DNA of 64,000 nucleotides. It comes from the human T2T-CHM13v2.0 reference genome, Homo sapiens. Below the pieces are notes generated by a model, which saw only the letters and a program-made list of their open reading frames with translations, was not told where the DNA came from and did not search any database. The position numbers were made by a program, and so were the translations under genes. Location: the NCBI RefSeq assembly GCF_009914755.1, contig NC_060948.1. The stretch is one strand, 5' to 3'. This document shows positions 1-17,568 of this stretch, piece after piece (positions within the stretch are counted from its first letter, which is position 1; the number at the start of each line of letters is the position of its first letter).

Positions 1-34
<34 letters not shown>

Positions 35-1720
35 CAGATAGATAGAATATCAATTTGTTCTTGCATTGCTATAAAGCAATACCTGAGCCTGGGTAATTTA
101 TAAAGAAAAGAGGTTGAATTGGCTCATGGTTCTGCAGGCTGTACAAGAAGCCCAGTGGCTTGGGCTTCTGAGGAGGCCTCAGGAAACTTATAGGCAAAGG
201 GGAAACAGGTACGTCTTACATTGCTGGAGTAAGAGGAGAGGCGGGGGAGGTGCCACACACTTGTAATCAACCAGATCGCGTGAGAACTCTAGCAGAAGAA
301 CAGCGCCAAAGGGATGGTCCTAAACCACTCCTGAGGGGCCCACCCCCACGATCCAATCACCTCTCCCCAGGCCTAAACCACTCCTGAGGGGCCCACCCCC
401 ACGATCCAATCACCTCTCACCAGGCCCCACCTCCAACATTGGGGATTACAATTCAGCATGCGATTTGGGCAGGGACACAGATCCAAACCCTATTAGATAG
501 ATAGATTAATGATAGATGGATAGATAGATAGATGATTGATGGATACATAGATAAATGATAGATGGATAGATAAATGATAGAGGGATAAATAGATGATAGA
601 TGGATAGATAGATGATTGATGGATAGATGGATAAATGATAGATGGATAGATAATGATTGATGGATATATAGATAATGATTGATGGATAGATAAATGATGG
701 ATAGATAAATGATAGATGGATAAATAGATGATAGATGGATAGATAGATGATTGATGGATAGATGGATAAATGATAGATGGATAAATAGATGATAGATGGA
801 TAGATAGATGATAGATGGATAGATGGATAAATGATAGATGGATAGATAATGATTGATGGATATATAGATAATGATTGATGGATAGATAGATAAATGGTAG
901 ATGGATAGATAAATGATAGATGGATAAATAGATGATAGACGGATAGATAGATGATTGATGGATAGATGGATAAATGATAGATGGATAGATAATGATTGAT
1001 GGATATATAGATAATGATTGATGGATAGATAGATAAATGGTAGATGGATAGATAAATGATAGATGGATAAATAGATGATAGACGGATAGATAGATGATTG
1101 ATGGATAGATGGATAAATGATAGATGGATAGATAATGAATGATGGATAGATAAATGATAGATGGATAGATAAATGATAGATGGATAAATAGATGATAGAT
1201 GGATAGATAGATAATTGATGGATAGATGGATAAATGATACATGGATAGATAATGATTGACGGATAGATAGATAATGATTGGTGGATAGATAAATGATAGA
1301 TGGATAGATAGATGATTGATGGATAGATAGATAAATGATAGATGGATAGATAGATGGGTAGATAGATATATAAATGATAGGTAGATAAATGATAGATGAA
1401 CATATAAATGATTGATAGATGGATAGATAAATGATAGATGAATAGATAAATGATGGATAGACACATAATAGATGGATAGAAAGATAGATAAATGATAGAT
1501 GGGTATTTAGATGGATAGATAGATAAATAGATAAATAATAGATGGACAGATAACTGATAGTTGGGCAGATAGATAAATGATCGATGGATAGATAAAAGAT
1601 AGATAAATAAATAATAGATAGATCAATAAATAGTAAATGAATAGATGAATGACAGATGGGTAGATAGATGGATAGATAAATGATAGATGGATAGATAGAT
1701 AGATAATAGATGACAGATAG
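1..1720. repeat. Complex (GATA/GATG/GGAT)n array, interrupted by an MST LTR
   Basis: Direct inspection; ~143-bp higher-order unit recurs at ~855/998 and 938/1081. Confidence 0.95.
47..495 (-). mobile_element. MST-family (ERVL-MaLR) solo LTR
   Basis: gttcttgcattgctataaag...ctgggtaatttataaagaaaagagg and ggggattacaattcagcatg...atccaaacc match MSTA/B. Confidence 0.85.
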
Positions 1721-2179
1721 GTGAGAGAGAAATGGGTGACGGAAGGGAGAGAAAGAAGGAGAGAGATTTGGGGTCATTAAATAGCAGAGGAAAAGCATGT
1801 ACACAAAACTTTTGCAGCATGTGCAATGGAATATATATATATGTTTATATATATATGTTTATATATATATATAAATACACACACACAGAGAGAGACAGAG
1901 AGAGAGACAGAGTCATCAGAGAGTCATCAGACAGCAGAGAGGAAACCCACCCAGCACTGAGGTCATACAGCAAGCTGGAAAGAGACAATGAGTAATGTTT
2001 GACATGAGAGGTCATTTTCTGCACGTCTGGAATCGAGGCATTGATTTTTCATACACATTATGGCTATTGGCTAGAGATGATCATTGAACCTGTCTGAAGA
2101 CAGATCTCTGGGTGGAGCAGACCAAGGCTGTTTGGTGACTTGCGTTATTTGAAGATTTCCCTGCATGCTACTGAAACCA

Positions 2180-2586
2180 GATGTAGTGAGCTATGATCAT
2201 CCCACTGCACTCCACCCTGAGCGACAGAGCGAGACCCTGACTCTTATAAAAATAAAAATAAAAAATAAGGCCAGTGCAGTGGCTCAAGCCTGTCATCCCA
2301 GCACTTTGGGAGGCCGAGGCGGGTGGATCATGAGGTCAGGAGTTCGAGACCAGCCTGGCCAACAGGGTGAAACCCCGTCTCTACTAAAAGTACAAAAATT
2401 ATCTGGGAGTGGTGGCAGGTGCCTGTAGTCCCAGCTACTCGGGAGGCTGAGGCAGGAGAATGGCGTGAACCTGGAGGCAGAGGTTGCAGTGAGCCGAGAT
2501 GTTGCCCAGGCTGGGTGACAGAGCAAGACTCCATTTCAAAAAATAAATAAATTAATTAAATAAAAATAACATAACATAAAATAAAA
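2180..2586 (+). mobile_element. Old Alu right-arm fragment followed by full AluS (2269-2586)
   Basis: Alu consensus motifs, A-rich tails. Confidence 0.9.
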
Positions 2587-2714
2587 TGGGAACGTCTCCA
2601 CTCCTCAGAGTGACTCATCCCACCGATCCCACACTGAAATTTAGTTTTTGACACACTGCAGAATGCAAGTAATAATTGCTCAAAATTTGACTGAAGGCGC
2701 TGCCCAGAAAGTGA

Positions 2715-3228
<514 letters not shown>

Positions 3229-3416
3229 AAAAATGGATTTTAATTGCCTAAATTTCCTGCCTCTAGGAGAAAGTACCTTCTTGATCCTTCAGGAGCTAAT
3301 TTCCACCCAAATCCTCGATGGCTTCAGGGCTCTGGCTGGCAGATGATGTTACAGTGAGGAAGCCGTCGTCCTGTGTGGAGTATGGTTCACACTAGCATGC
3401 TGTGTCCTGGCCATCA

Positions 3417-3925
<509 letters not shown>

Positions 3926-3929
3926 TTAA

Positions 3930-5305
3930 AGATAGAGGGAGAAAGAGGAGAAACAAGAGGAGGAGGAGGCTGGAGGAGGAGAAGGAGGAGGAAGAGAAAG
4001 AGGAGGAGGTGGAGGAGGAGGGAGACAGAGGAGGAGGAGGGAGTGGTTGGAGGAGGAGAAAGAGAAGGATGAGGAAGAGAAAAAGAAGGAGGGGGAGGAG
4101 GAAGAAGAGGAGGAGGGGAAGGAGGAGAAAGAGGAGGAGAGGGAGGAAGAGGAGGAGGCTGGAGGAGGAGAAAAAGGAGAAAGAGAAAAAGGAGGAGGGA
4201 GAGGAGGAGGGGAAGGAGGAGGGAGAGAAAGAGGAGGAGAGGGAGGAAGAGGAGGAGGCTGGAGGAGGAGGAAAAGGAGGAGGGAGAGGAGGAGGGGAAG
4301 GAGGAGGGAGAGAAAGAGGAGGAGAGGGAGGAAGAGGAGGAGGCTGGAGGAGGAGAAAAAGGAGAAAGAGAAAAAGGAGGAGGGAGAGGAGGAGGGGAAG
4401 GAGGAGGGAGAGAAAGAGGAGGAGAGGGAGGAAGAGGAGGAGGCTGGAGGAGGAGGAAAAGGAGAAAGAGAAAAAGGAGGAGGGAGAGGAGGAGGGGAAG
4501 GGGGAGGGAGAGAAGTAGAAGCAGGAAGAGTGGGGAAGGAGGAGGTTGGAGAAGGTGGAGGAGGAAGAAGAGAAACAGGAAGAAGAGGAGGAAAAAGGGG
4601 AGGAGGAGGGAGAGGAGGAAAGAGAGGAGGAGGGGAAGGAGGAGGAAGAGAAAGAGGAGGAGGGGGAGAAGCAGGGAGAGGAGGAGGAGGAAGAGAAAGA
4701 GGAGGAGGGAGAGGAGGAGGGAGAGGAGGAGGAAGAGAAAGAGGAGAAGGGAGAGGAGGAGGGGGAGGAGGAGGGAGAGGAGGAGGAGGAAGAGAAAGAG
4801 GAGGAGGGAGAGGAGGAAGAGCCTGGAGGAGGAGGAAGAGAAAGAAGAAAAGGAAGAGGAGGGGAAAGAAGAGGCTGGAGAAGATGGAGGAGGAAGAAGA
4901 GAAAGAGGAAGAGGAGAGGGGAGAGGATGAGGGGAAGGAGGAGGAAGAGAAAGAGGAGGAGGGAGAGGAGGAAGAGGCTGGAGAGGAGAAGGAGGAAGAG
5001 AAAGAGGAGGAGGGGGAGGAGGGGAAGGAAGAGGTTGGAGAAGGTAGAGGAGGAAGAAGCGAAAGAAAAGGAGGGGGAGGAGAGAGGGGAGGAGAAAGAA
5101 CAGGAAGAGGAGAGGGAGAAGGAGGAACAAGAGAAGGGGGAAGAGGGGAGGAGGAAAAGATGAGAGGAGGAGAAGGAAGCGGAAGAGAAAGAGGGAGAGG
5201 TGGAGAAGGGGGAGGAGGAGGGGAAGGAGGAGGAGGAAGAGGAGGAGGAGAAGAAGGTGGAGGAGGGAGAAAAGGGAAGAGGGGGGAAGAGGGGGGAGAG
5301 GGACT
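3930..5305. repeat. (GGA/GAA)n polypurine tract with higher-order units
   Basis: About 1.4 kb almost pure purine. Confidence 0.95.
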
Positions 5306-6247
5306 CAGGAAAACAGGTCCCCCTCACCCCCATCCCACCGTAATAAAGACATGACGCCTTTTTATGCTGAGAAAACATCAAGCTGTGTTTCTCCTTCCCC
5401 AGAGACACTTCGCAGCCCCTCTTGGGATCCAGCGCAGCGCAAGGTAAGCCAGATGCCTCTGCTGTTGCCCTCCCTGTGGGCCTGCTCTCCTCACGCCGGC
5501 CCCCACCTGGGCCACCTGTGGCACCTGCCAGGAGGCTGAGCTGCAAACCCCAATGAGGGGCAGGTGCTCCCGGAGACCTGCTTCCCACACGCCCATCGTT
5601 CTGCCCCCCGCTTTGAGTTCTCCCAGGCCCCTCTGTGCACCCCTCCCTAGCAGGAACATGCCGTCTGCCCCCTTGAGCTTTGCAAGGTCTCGGTGATAAT
5701 AGGAAGGTCTTTGCCTTGCAGGGAGAATGAGTCATCCGTGCTCCCTCCGAGGGGGATTCTGGAGTCCACAGTAATTGCAGGGCTGACACTCTGCCCTGCA
5801 CCGGGCGCCCCAGCTCCTCCCCACCTCCCTCCTCCATCCCTGTCTCCGGATATTAAGACGGGGCGCTCAGGGGCCTGTAACTGGGGAAGGTATACCCGCC
5901 CTGCAGAGGTGGACCCTGTCTGTTTTGATTTCTGTTCCATGTCCAAGGCAGGACATGACCCTGTTTTGGAATGCTGATTTATGGATTTTCCAGGCCACTG
6001 TGCCCCAGATACAATTTTCTCTGACATTAAGAATACGTAGAGAACCAAATGCATTTTCTTCTTAAAAAAAAAAAAAAACCAAAAAAAAAAAAAAAAACCA
6101 AAAAACTGTACTTAATAAGATCCATGCCTATAAGACAAAGGAACACCTCTTGTCATATATGTGGGACCTCGGGCAGCGTGTGAAAGTTTACTTGCAGTTT
6201 GCAGTAAAATGACAAAGCTAACACCTGGCGTGGACAATCTTACCTAG

Positions 6248-6559
<312 letters not shown>

Positions 6560-6896
6560 TAGCCTCCACTGCCCCATCAGCAAAAGGCAAAACAGGTTAC
6601 CAGCCTCCCGCCACCCCTGAAGAATAATTGTGAAAAAATGTGGAATTAGCAACATGTTGGCAGGATTTTTGCTGAGGTTATAAGCCACTTCCTTCATCTG
6701 GGTCTGAGCTTTTTTGTATTCGGTCTTACCATTCGTTGGTTCTGTAGTTCATGTTTCAAAAATGCAGCCTCAGAGACTGCAAGCCGCTGAGTCAAATACA
6801 AATAGATTTTTAAAGTGTATTTATTTTAAACAAAAAATAAAATCACACATAAGATAAAACAAAACGAAACTGACTTTATACAGTAAAATAAACGAT

Positions 6897-7341
<445 letters not shown>

Positions 7342-7375
7342 TCATTGCTGGAGCACGGGTGAGACTATGTCTTTA

Positions 7376-8276
<901 letters not shown>

Positions 8277-8338
8277 CAGGATGATTTGTTTTCCTCACTA
8301 TCAGTGATTGAGATTAACATGTTTCTGTGCTTGGTTAG

Positions 8339-8695
<357 letters not shown>

Positions 8696-8781
8696 TAAAA
8701 ATCTGTGAGAACTTTCCTTAGGTGATCATCCAAGCCTCAGGGGTCTGAGCAATGGCTTTTTGCTGTAAAAGTCAGACGTGG

Positions 8782-9583
<802 letters not shown>

Positions 9584-10039
9584 TCACCTCCTTGACCGTT
9601 TACAGGTGACAACTGTTTGAATCGGTCACCAAAGCGTCAAGATTACGGATCCTCAAGCCGTAGACATTTCACGTACAATCAAAATCAACTGAAAAGGCAG
9701 GCGACGTTTCCTGGAGGAACTTTGCTGAAAGAAAAGTCATGAGCCATAACAAACCCTGGAACCGGCTTCTTAACCCCCACCGCAAACTCCCAAGCTTCGG
9801 CGTGTGTTGAAAAACCAGAAAGACAGCCTTCTCTAAATAGGATCCACATCTTCATCTTTCTCTCAGGACCCCAAAGACACCTCCTGGCTGTTTCTTGCTG
9901 GAGAGAAAGCATTTCACGTGCAGTACACCCTGTTTGAAACATCGCTTGGGTATTTTGATACATTGTTTTGTTGTAGTCAGAAACAGCGCATCAGAAAACA
10001 CAGTTGTACAAATACTCTTTTTAATGGTACTCGGTGGGG

Positions 10040-10806
10040 GCTGTGTGTGTGTTTTAAAATAACAAAACTGCTAAACTCCATGGGAATTACTCAAAATGAA
10101 TATCAGGGAAAGGTTTCCTTCGTTACTTAAACAGATGCCTTTGCAACCTACTATTTTATTTTATTATGTCATTTCTATGGGAAGAGATTATTTAAAAGAA
10201 GAAAAGGGGCCCCAGGTTTTCTCTCCTAAATTTCTAGCCCCAAACCTTCGTGATATTGAAAAGCAAGTATATCACAAAAGACTGTCTTCTACAAATTATA
10301 TTTTTAATTGCAGTGTGCGTGTGTGTTTTAAAATAACAAAACTGCTAAACTCCATGGGAATTAGTCAAAATGAATATCGGGGAAGGGTTTCCTTCGATAC
10401 TTAAATAGGTACCTTTGCAACCTACTATTTTATTTTATTATGTCATTTCTATGGGAGGAGATTATTTAAAAGGAGGAGCTCACGTTTTTCGTACGAAATT
10501 TCTAGCCCCAACCCTCCATGATACTGAAAAGCAAGTATATCAGAAAAGACTGTGTTCTACAAATTATGTTTTTAATTGCACTGTGTGTGTGTGTGTGTGT
10601 GTGTGTGTTTTAAAATAACAAAACTGCTAAACTCCATGGGAATTACTCAAAATGAATATCAGGGAAAGGTTTCCTTCGTTACTTAAACAGATGCCTTTGC
10701 AACCTACTATTTTATTTTATTATGTCATTTCTATGGGAGGAGATTATTTAAAAGGAGGAGCCCACTTTCTTGCTTTTAAATTTCCAGCCCCAACCCTTCT
10801 GGACAT
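10040..10806. repeat. Tandem triplication of a ~275-280 bp unique unit (~2.7 copies)
   Basis: ttttaaaataacaaaactgctaaactccatggg at ~10052, 10326, 10607. Confidence 0.95.
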
Positions 10807-11697
10807 AACTCGTCTTCCTCTGCAGATTGGAACAGATGATTTTGCCGTCCAAGCATCCACCGGTGCTGTAGGAGAAGACGCACCGTGTTAGGTAGGTCAG
10901 CTGGCTCTGAGTTGAAAGTGTCACCCAAACCCAGGAGATCCAGGGCAGAAATTGTTTTAGTTCCACAGAGCAGCCACGGGTGCACCGTCTGTGTATCTCT
11001 GTCAGTGATGCAATCCAATGCATCTGGCAAAGGGAACGCAGGGGGCTGCGAGGAAGGCCCATTCGAGTGGCCTGTAAAAATGCTGAAAGCTCCATACACC
11101 TTCCCTGTCTCTGGGATTCTCAGCATCCTGCTCTGCCCTCCAAGTACAGGTCGCTGACCCACCTCCCACCCCTGCCCACCTCCAATCACATGCCTTGCAC
11201 CCCTTCCTACCATTAGGCCTGCCGCTAAGGACCTGATTAGCTATAAATTTATGGCAATCCGCAACCACCGGCCTTCCCCTCCTGATGTTTTCTGACACAT
11301 TTCAGGAGACGCAGAATACAGGCTCGCTGGTCCACCCGAGACCCCTGGCTGCAGAAACAGCCCGGCTCGTGAACACAGTTGCCGTGGTAACATGCCCCCC
11401 AGCTGTAGCCGGCCTAGGAAAACTACGTGGACAAGGATGATTTTTTCACAAGTTTTATTTTTTATTTATTTACTTGGGACCTTTTGTTTGGCAGCCGGAC
11501 GGTGCAGCTTTTTCTCTGCACGGAGTCTGGTTGTGTCTACACACACAGGCAACACGCATAGATGGACATAAAACTATCCCCTCCCAAGACTTGCAAAGGA
11601 TGCACGTTTTTCAGGCTGCAGCCAGGACGAGGGAGAGGTAGAGGTTGTAGTTATTGAGTAGGGGAGTCCCAAGAAAATCGTTGCCATAGGAAAGAAA

Positions 11698-12477
<780 letters not shown>

Positions 12478-12666
12478 TTACACAAAAAACCAAACCAAAC
12501 AAAACAGGTGCTGAGGTGATATTGAAAGATAAGATTGCTTAGAATATGGAGGCTAATGTTTGGAGGTGACTTTTGTAAATTGATCTTCATCCCTGGCAGT
12601 CCTTTGGTTGAAGGAGCCTGGATTTTAGTGTAAGATTTGGCTGGTTTGTTATAACATGTGGATCCC

Positions 12667-12745
<79 letters not shown>

Positions 12746-12919
12746 TTTCTTTCTTTCTTTCTTTTCCTTTCTTTCTTTTCCTTTCTTTCTTTCTCTCTCT
12801 TTCTTCTTTCCTTCCTTCTTTCTTTCTTTCTTTTTTCTTTCTCTCTTTTCTTTCTTTCTCTCTCTCTCTCCCTCCCTCCCTCCTTCCCTTCCTTCCTTCC
12901 TTCCATCTTTCTTTCTTTT

Positions 12920-12962
<43 letters not shown>

Positions 12963-13009
12963 CTCTTTCTTTCTTTCTTTCTTTCTCTCTTTTTCTTTCT
13001 TTTCTTTCT

Positions 13010-13056
<47 letters not shown>

Positions 13057-13079
13057 CTCTTTTCTTTCTTCCTTCTTTT

Positions 13080-13080
<1 letters not shown>
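12667..13080. repeat. (TTTC/TTCC)n microsatellite
   Basis: Direct inspection. Confidence 0.97.
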
Positions 13081-13499
<419 letters not shown>

Positions 13500-14534
13500 C
13501 ATCCTCTTTATTTTTTAAATTCTATTTGTATTCTTGATCTTCCCAGTTTTAGTGGCTCTTCAGGGGCTGAGAAAGCATGAAATACAGAGAATTTCTCTCC
13601 TCTTTCAACCAGAAAAGTTGTCTCATGTCTTTGGAGGTGGTAAGACCAGAGATATCTTTCTTGCAGGAGGAAGATGATTTCAAGAACAGAGAAATTGAGA
13701 TGATTTTCCCGAGACAGGCAGTTGTTTCTTTCCTCCTCTCAGACACCTGTCCCGCGAGGCCAAGATGAAGTTGCTTCATTTTCTTAAGAGAGAATGACCG
13801 GAATGTTCCGGAAAACCAAAACGTCCAAGCTTTTGCAGGATGGAAGGAGTGGATCTATAGCAATTGAATTGAACACTTGTGTCCCTGTGTCTCCCTTGCT
13901 GCCCCCCAAACCTGAGAGCCCATTTTCAGCTTCTCCAGTGACCCAGTTGTCCAAGCGGAAACTAGTTAATCACCCTCAGTGGACCTGATATTCCCCGGAA
14001 ATTATGGCTCGTGGAGATCTCATCGGAATTGTAAACTCATGCAGCCAGCCACATCTGCAAGTCCCAGGGGAATACAGGTCAAAAAACGTACCGGAATTAC
14101 AGAAAAATCGTGTTGTCATCTCTGCACCGTACAAGGACAGAAACGACCTGTTTCCAAGAATGACATTATATAGCATCCCTGCCTTTTCGTTGACGGGGGA
14201 GACTGTATTATCCTCTAAAAGGTGCCACGAAGAATATTCAGAAAGGGTAAAATGACAAAATTAAAAGGAACGAAGGTGTATAGAAAGGCCAATTCTAAAA
14301 ACCTAAATGCTGGAGGCGGCGGGGTGGCCTGTGGTTGGTCTCTGCAAATTTTCTCCGGATCTGACAGAGATCCAGTTCCGTCACCTCCAGGGCACAACGT
14401 AAGACCCCTGTTTCTGCAGTTCTGCCTTTTTAATTGATCGCCAGCGCTTTCTGGAAGATGATAGAATAAGGCCAGATTGTACGTGCCGGGGTGCTGATCT
14501 TCATGACTGGGGTATGTGTGTGTGTTCTCCAAAA

Positions 14535-14800
14535 TTAAAGGAGCAAAGTGAGACCACAGATTGTACAATTCCATTCGAATCACATGTCCAGAATAGGAAA
14601 ATCTACTGGGGCAGAGGGTGGATCAGTAGTTGCTTAGGACTGGGGGAACAAGGATGGGATAACTACGGAGGGAGGGATCTGAAGATGGCAAGTCAGCTTC
14701 CTTGGGGGGTGATAAAGATATCCTAAAAGTGACTCTGAGTGCCTTAAATAGATGCATTGTACGATATGTCAGTTATAGCCCGACAAACCTGCTTTGAAGA
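14535..14800 (+). mobile_element. L1MB-like 3' end fragment
   Basis: attccatt..atgtccagaatagg.aaatct...agtagttgcttagg.ctggggg. Confidence 0.65.
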
Positions 14801-14858
14801 AAAAGAAGGCAGATTGTGAAATACACATAATAAATGGAAGCAAAGCAAATGACAATGA

Positions 14859-15003
14859 TTTTTAAATTTATTTTTATTTTTTGTAGAGATGGGGGTGTCT
14901 AGCTAGGTGGCCCGGGCTGGTCTCAAACTCATGGGCTCAAGCAATCCTCCAGCCTTAGCCTCCGAAAATGCTGGGACCACAGATGGGAGTCACCACCGTA
15001 CCC
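14859..15003 (-). mobile_element. FLAM/AluJ left monomer
   Basis: gggctcaagcaatcctcc diagnostic. Confidence 0.8.
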
Positions 15004-15060
15004 ATCCATACAACTTTTTTTTTTTTTAATGTGAGACTACAAAATTATGAGGACATATCA

Positions 15061-15411
<351 letters not shown>

Positions 15412-16234
15412 CTAATGATTAAATACTGTAGGGAAGAGCTTACCACAATTGCTGGCCCATGGCCAATGCTGGGTATAAGACAGCTACTGCAAACAACCAT
15501 GATGATGATACATCTCTTGTGTAGGGTTAGGTTGTTTGAGACACATTCTATGCTCCTTGATTTGATTGGAAGGTACCTTGGTTCCTTGGGGACTTGGAGG
15601 TGATGAAAGCCTCCCTGGGGACAAAACTCACCTTCACTTCTCTAATATCAAGCTTCAGCAACCTGCTCCAGCTACAGCACAGGGTTGGACAGGCCCAACA
15701 ACAGAGGAAATCCACAAAGTGTGTCTTGACACATACATCCACGGGGTCTAACGAGGTGAGGCCAATGACTGCTTCCACACACCCCAGCCAGACTCTGACT
15801 TCACTCCCGGCAGGTTTCAGTAGACTTGGCAGCAGTTGGAGCGAGCTGGCTTCTTGCGGTAGGCAGCCATGTTGGAAGAGCTCCCAATAGTCCTCGTTTC
15901 CTGGTAATCTCATGCTTGGATCATCTTCTTCTCTTGAGTGAAGAGAAGAACTGCAGAGAGAGACAGAGACAGAGAGACAGATCACAGGGGCAGTTTCCCC
16001 CATACTGTTCTCAAGATAAATGAGTCAACTCTTACACCTCTTTTCTCTGGTGTAAAACAAGGCTGGTGAACAGGCAGAGAGAACTGGGGTGTTGGAGTAG
16101 CATTGACCTTCCTTCTTCATCCCTCTATAATCTCTCCTAGTGCAGGAGTAGGAAAACTAAAAATCACACGTCTGATCATCTGTGATCTCAGAGTCTTGGA
16201 CAAGCCTTGCTTGCCAATCAGCAGGGATGGGAGT

Positions 16235-17337
16235 TGGAGCCATCTCCAAGTGTCCCCCCACAAATCTATGTCCACCTGGAAGTTTCAAATGCAACTTTAT
16301 TTGGGAAAAGCAATTTTGCAAATGTTATTAAGTGAAGGATCTAGGGATGAGATCATCCTGGAGTAGGGTGGGTCCTAGGTCAAATGACAGGAAATCTGCC
16401 CACCTCGGCCTCCCAAAGTGCTGGGATTACAGGCATGAGCCACCAAACCTGGCCTATCATTGATTTAATGATTAATACGGTTAGGCTCTGTGTCCCCACC
16501 CAAATCTCATCTCAAATTGTAATTCCCATGTGTCCAGGGAGGGAGCTTGTGGAAGGTGATTGGATCACAGGGGCAGTTTTTGTCATGCTGTTCTCATGAT
16601 AAATGAGTCAATTCTCAGAAGAGATGATGGTTTTAAAGTGTGGCACTTCTTTGCTCTCTTGCTCTCTCTCTCTCCTGAGTAGACTGGCTCATTCTTTCTA
16701 CTGGTTACAAGCAATAGAAGTGATAACAAAATTGATGGTTTCTCATTTCCTAAATGGTACCAGTGGATTCCTGGTTTCCTCTCTCTCTCTTCTCTCTCTC
16801 TATCAACTTTTCCCTCAATCTCTCTATCAACCTCCCTCTCTCTCAATCTCAATCTCTCTCAGTCTCATTCTCAATCTCTTTTGCTCAATCTCTTTCTCAG
16901 CTTCTCTCCCTCAATTTCTCTTTTGCAACTTCTCTCTCTCAGTCTGTGTCTCTCAATCTCCCTCTCTCAATCTCTCTTGTAGTCTCCCTGTCTCTCATAC
17001 TCTCTCTGTTTCTGTCTGTCTCTGCCCTTGCTCTAGGGAAAGCAAGTTCTTATGCTGTAAGTTCTCCTGTAAAAAGGTCCACATGATACGGAACTGGCCA
17101 TCTTTGGCCAACATGAGTGAGTTTAGAAGTGTGCCTTTCACCAGTTGAGCCTTCAAATGAGATCCCAGCCCTGGATGACACAGTGACAGTAACCTGCTAG
17201 GAACTGTGAACCAGAGGCACCCAGCCAAGCTGCTCCCAGACTCCCAACCCAGTGAAACCATAAGATAATAAATGCATGTTGTTTTAAGCTGCTAAGTTTG
17301 GGGGTCACTTGTTACACAGCAACAGCTGACTCATACA
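16235..17337 (+). mobile_element. Patchwork of MaLR LTR fragments: MLT1 (~16235-16390), short Alu piece, MST/THE1 (~16470-16680), MLT1F-like 3' half (~17020-17337)
   Basis: tgtgtccccacccaaatctcatctc; aataaatg..tgttgttttaagctgctaagtttggggg..ttgttacacagcaa. Confidence 0.7.
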
Positions 17338-17568
17338 TTTTCTTTGAAATTGATTTCCACTTCTGTCACCAGCATCATTCCATAAATTTGCTCTATGTGC
17401 ATTGCTGACCTGCAGTAGAAGTTTTGGAGAAGTGAACCACATCCCCTTATCTGCCATTTGACAGCAAGCAGCCTCAAACATTCATAATTTCTTTCCTGAC
17501 TCTCCACTCCACACTGTTGCCTGCCTTCCTGGTTCCAGATCTTTGGATCTGGACTGACACCTGGGCAC

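Noticed and set aside
453-1804. Long minus-strand ORFs (323-432 aa, I/Y/L/S/H-rich)
   Set aside because: Translations of the (GATA)n array
6064-6105. A-tract without an Alu body, possible retrocopy tail
   Set aside because: No nearby canonical polyA signal or TSD found
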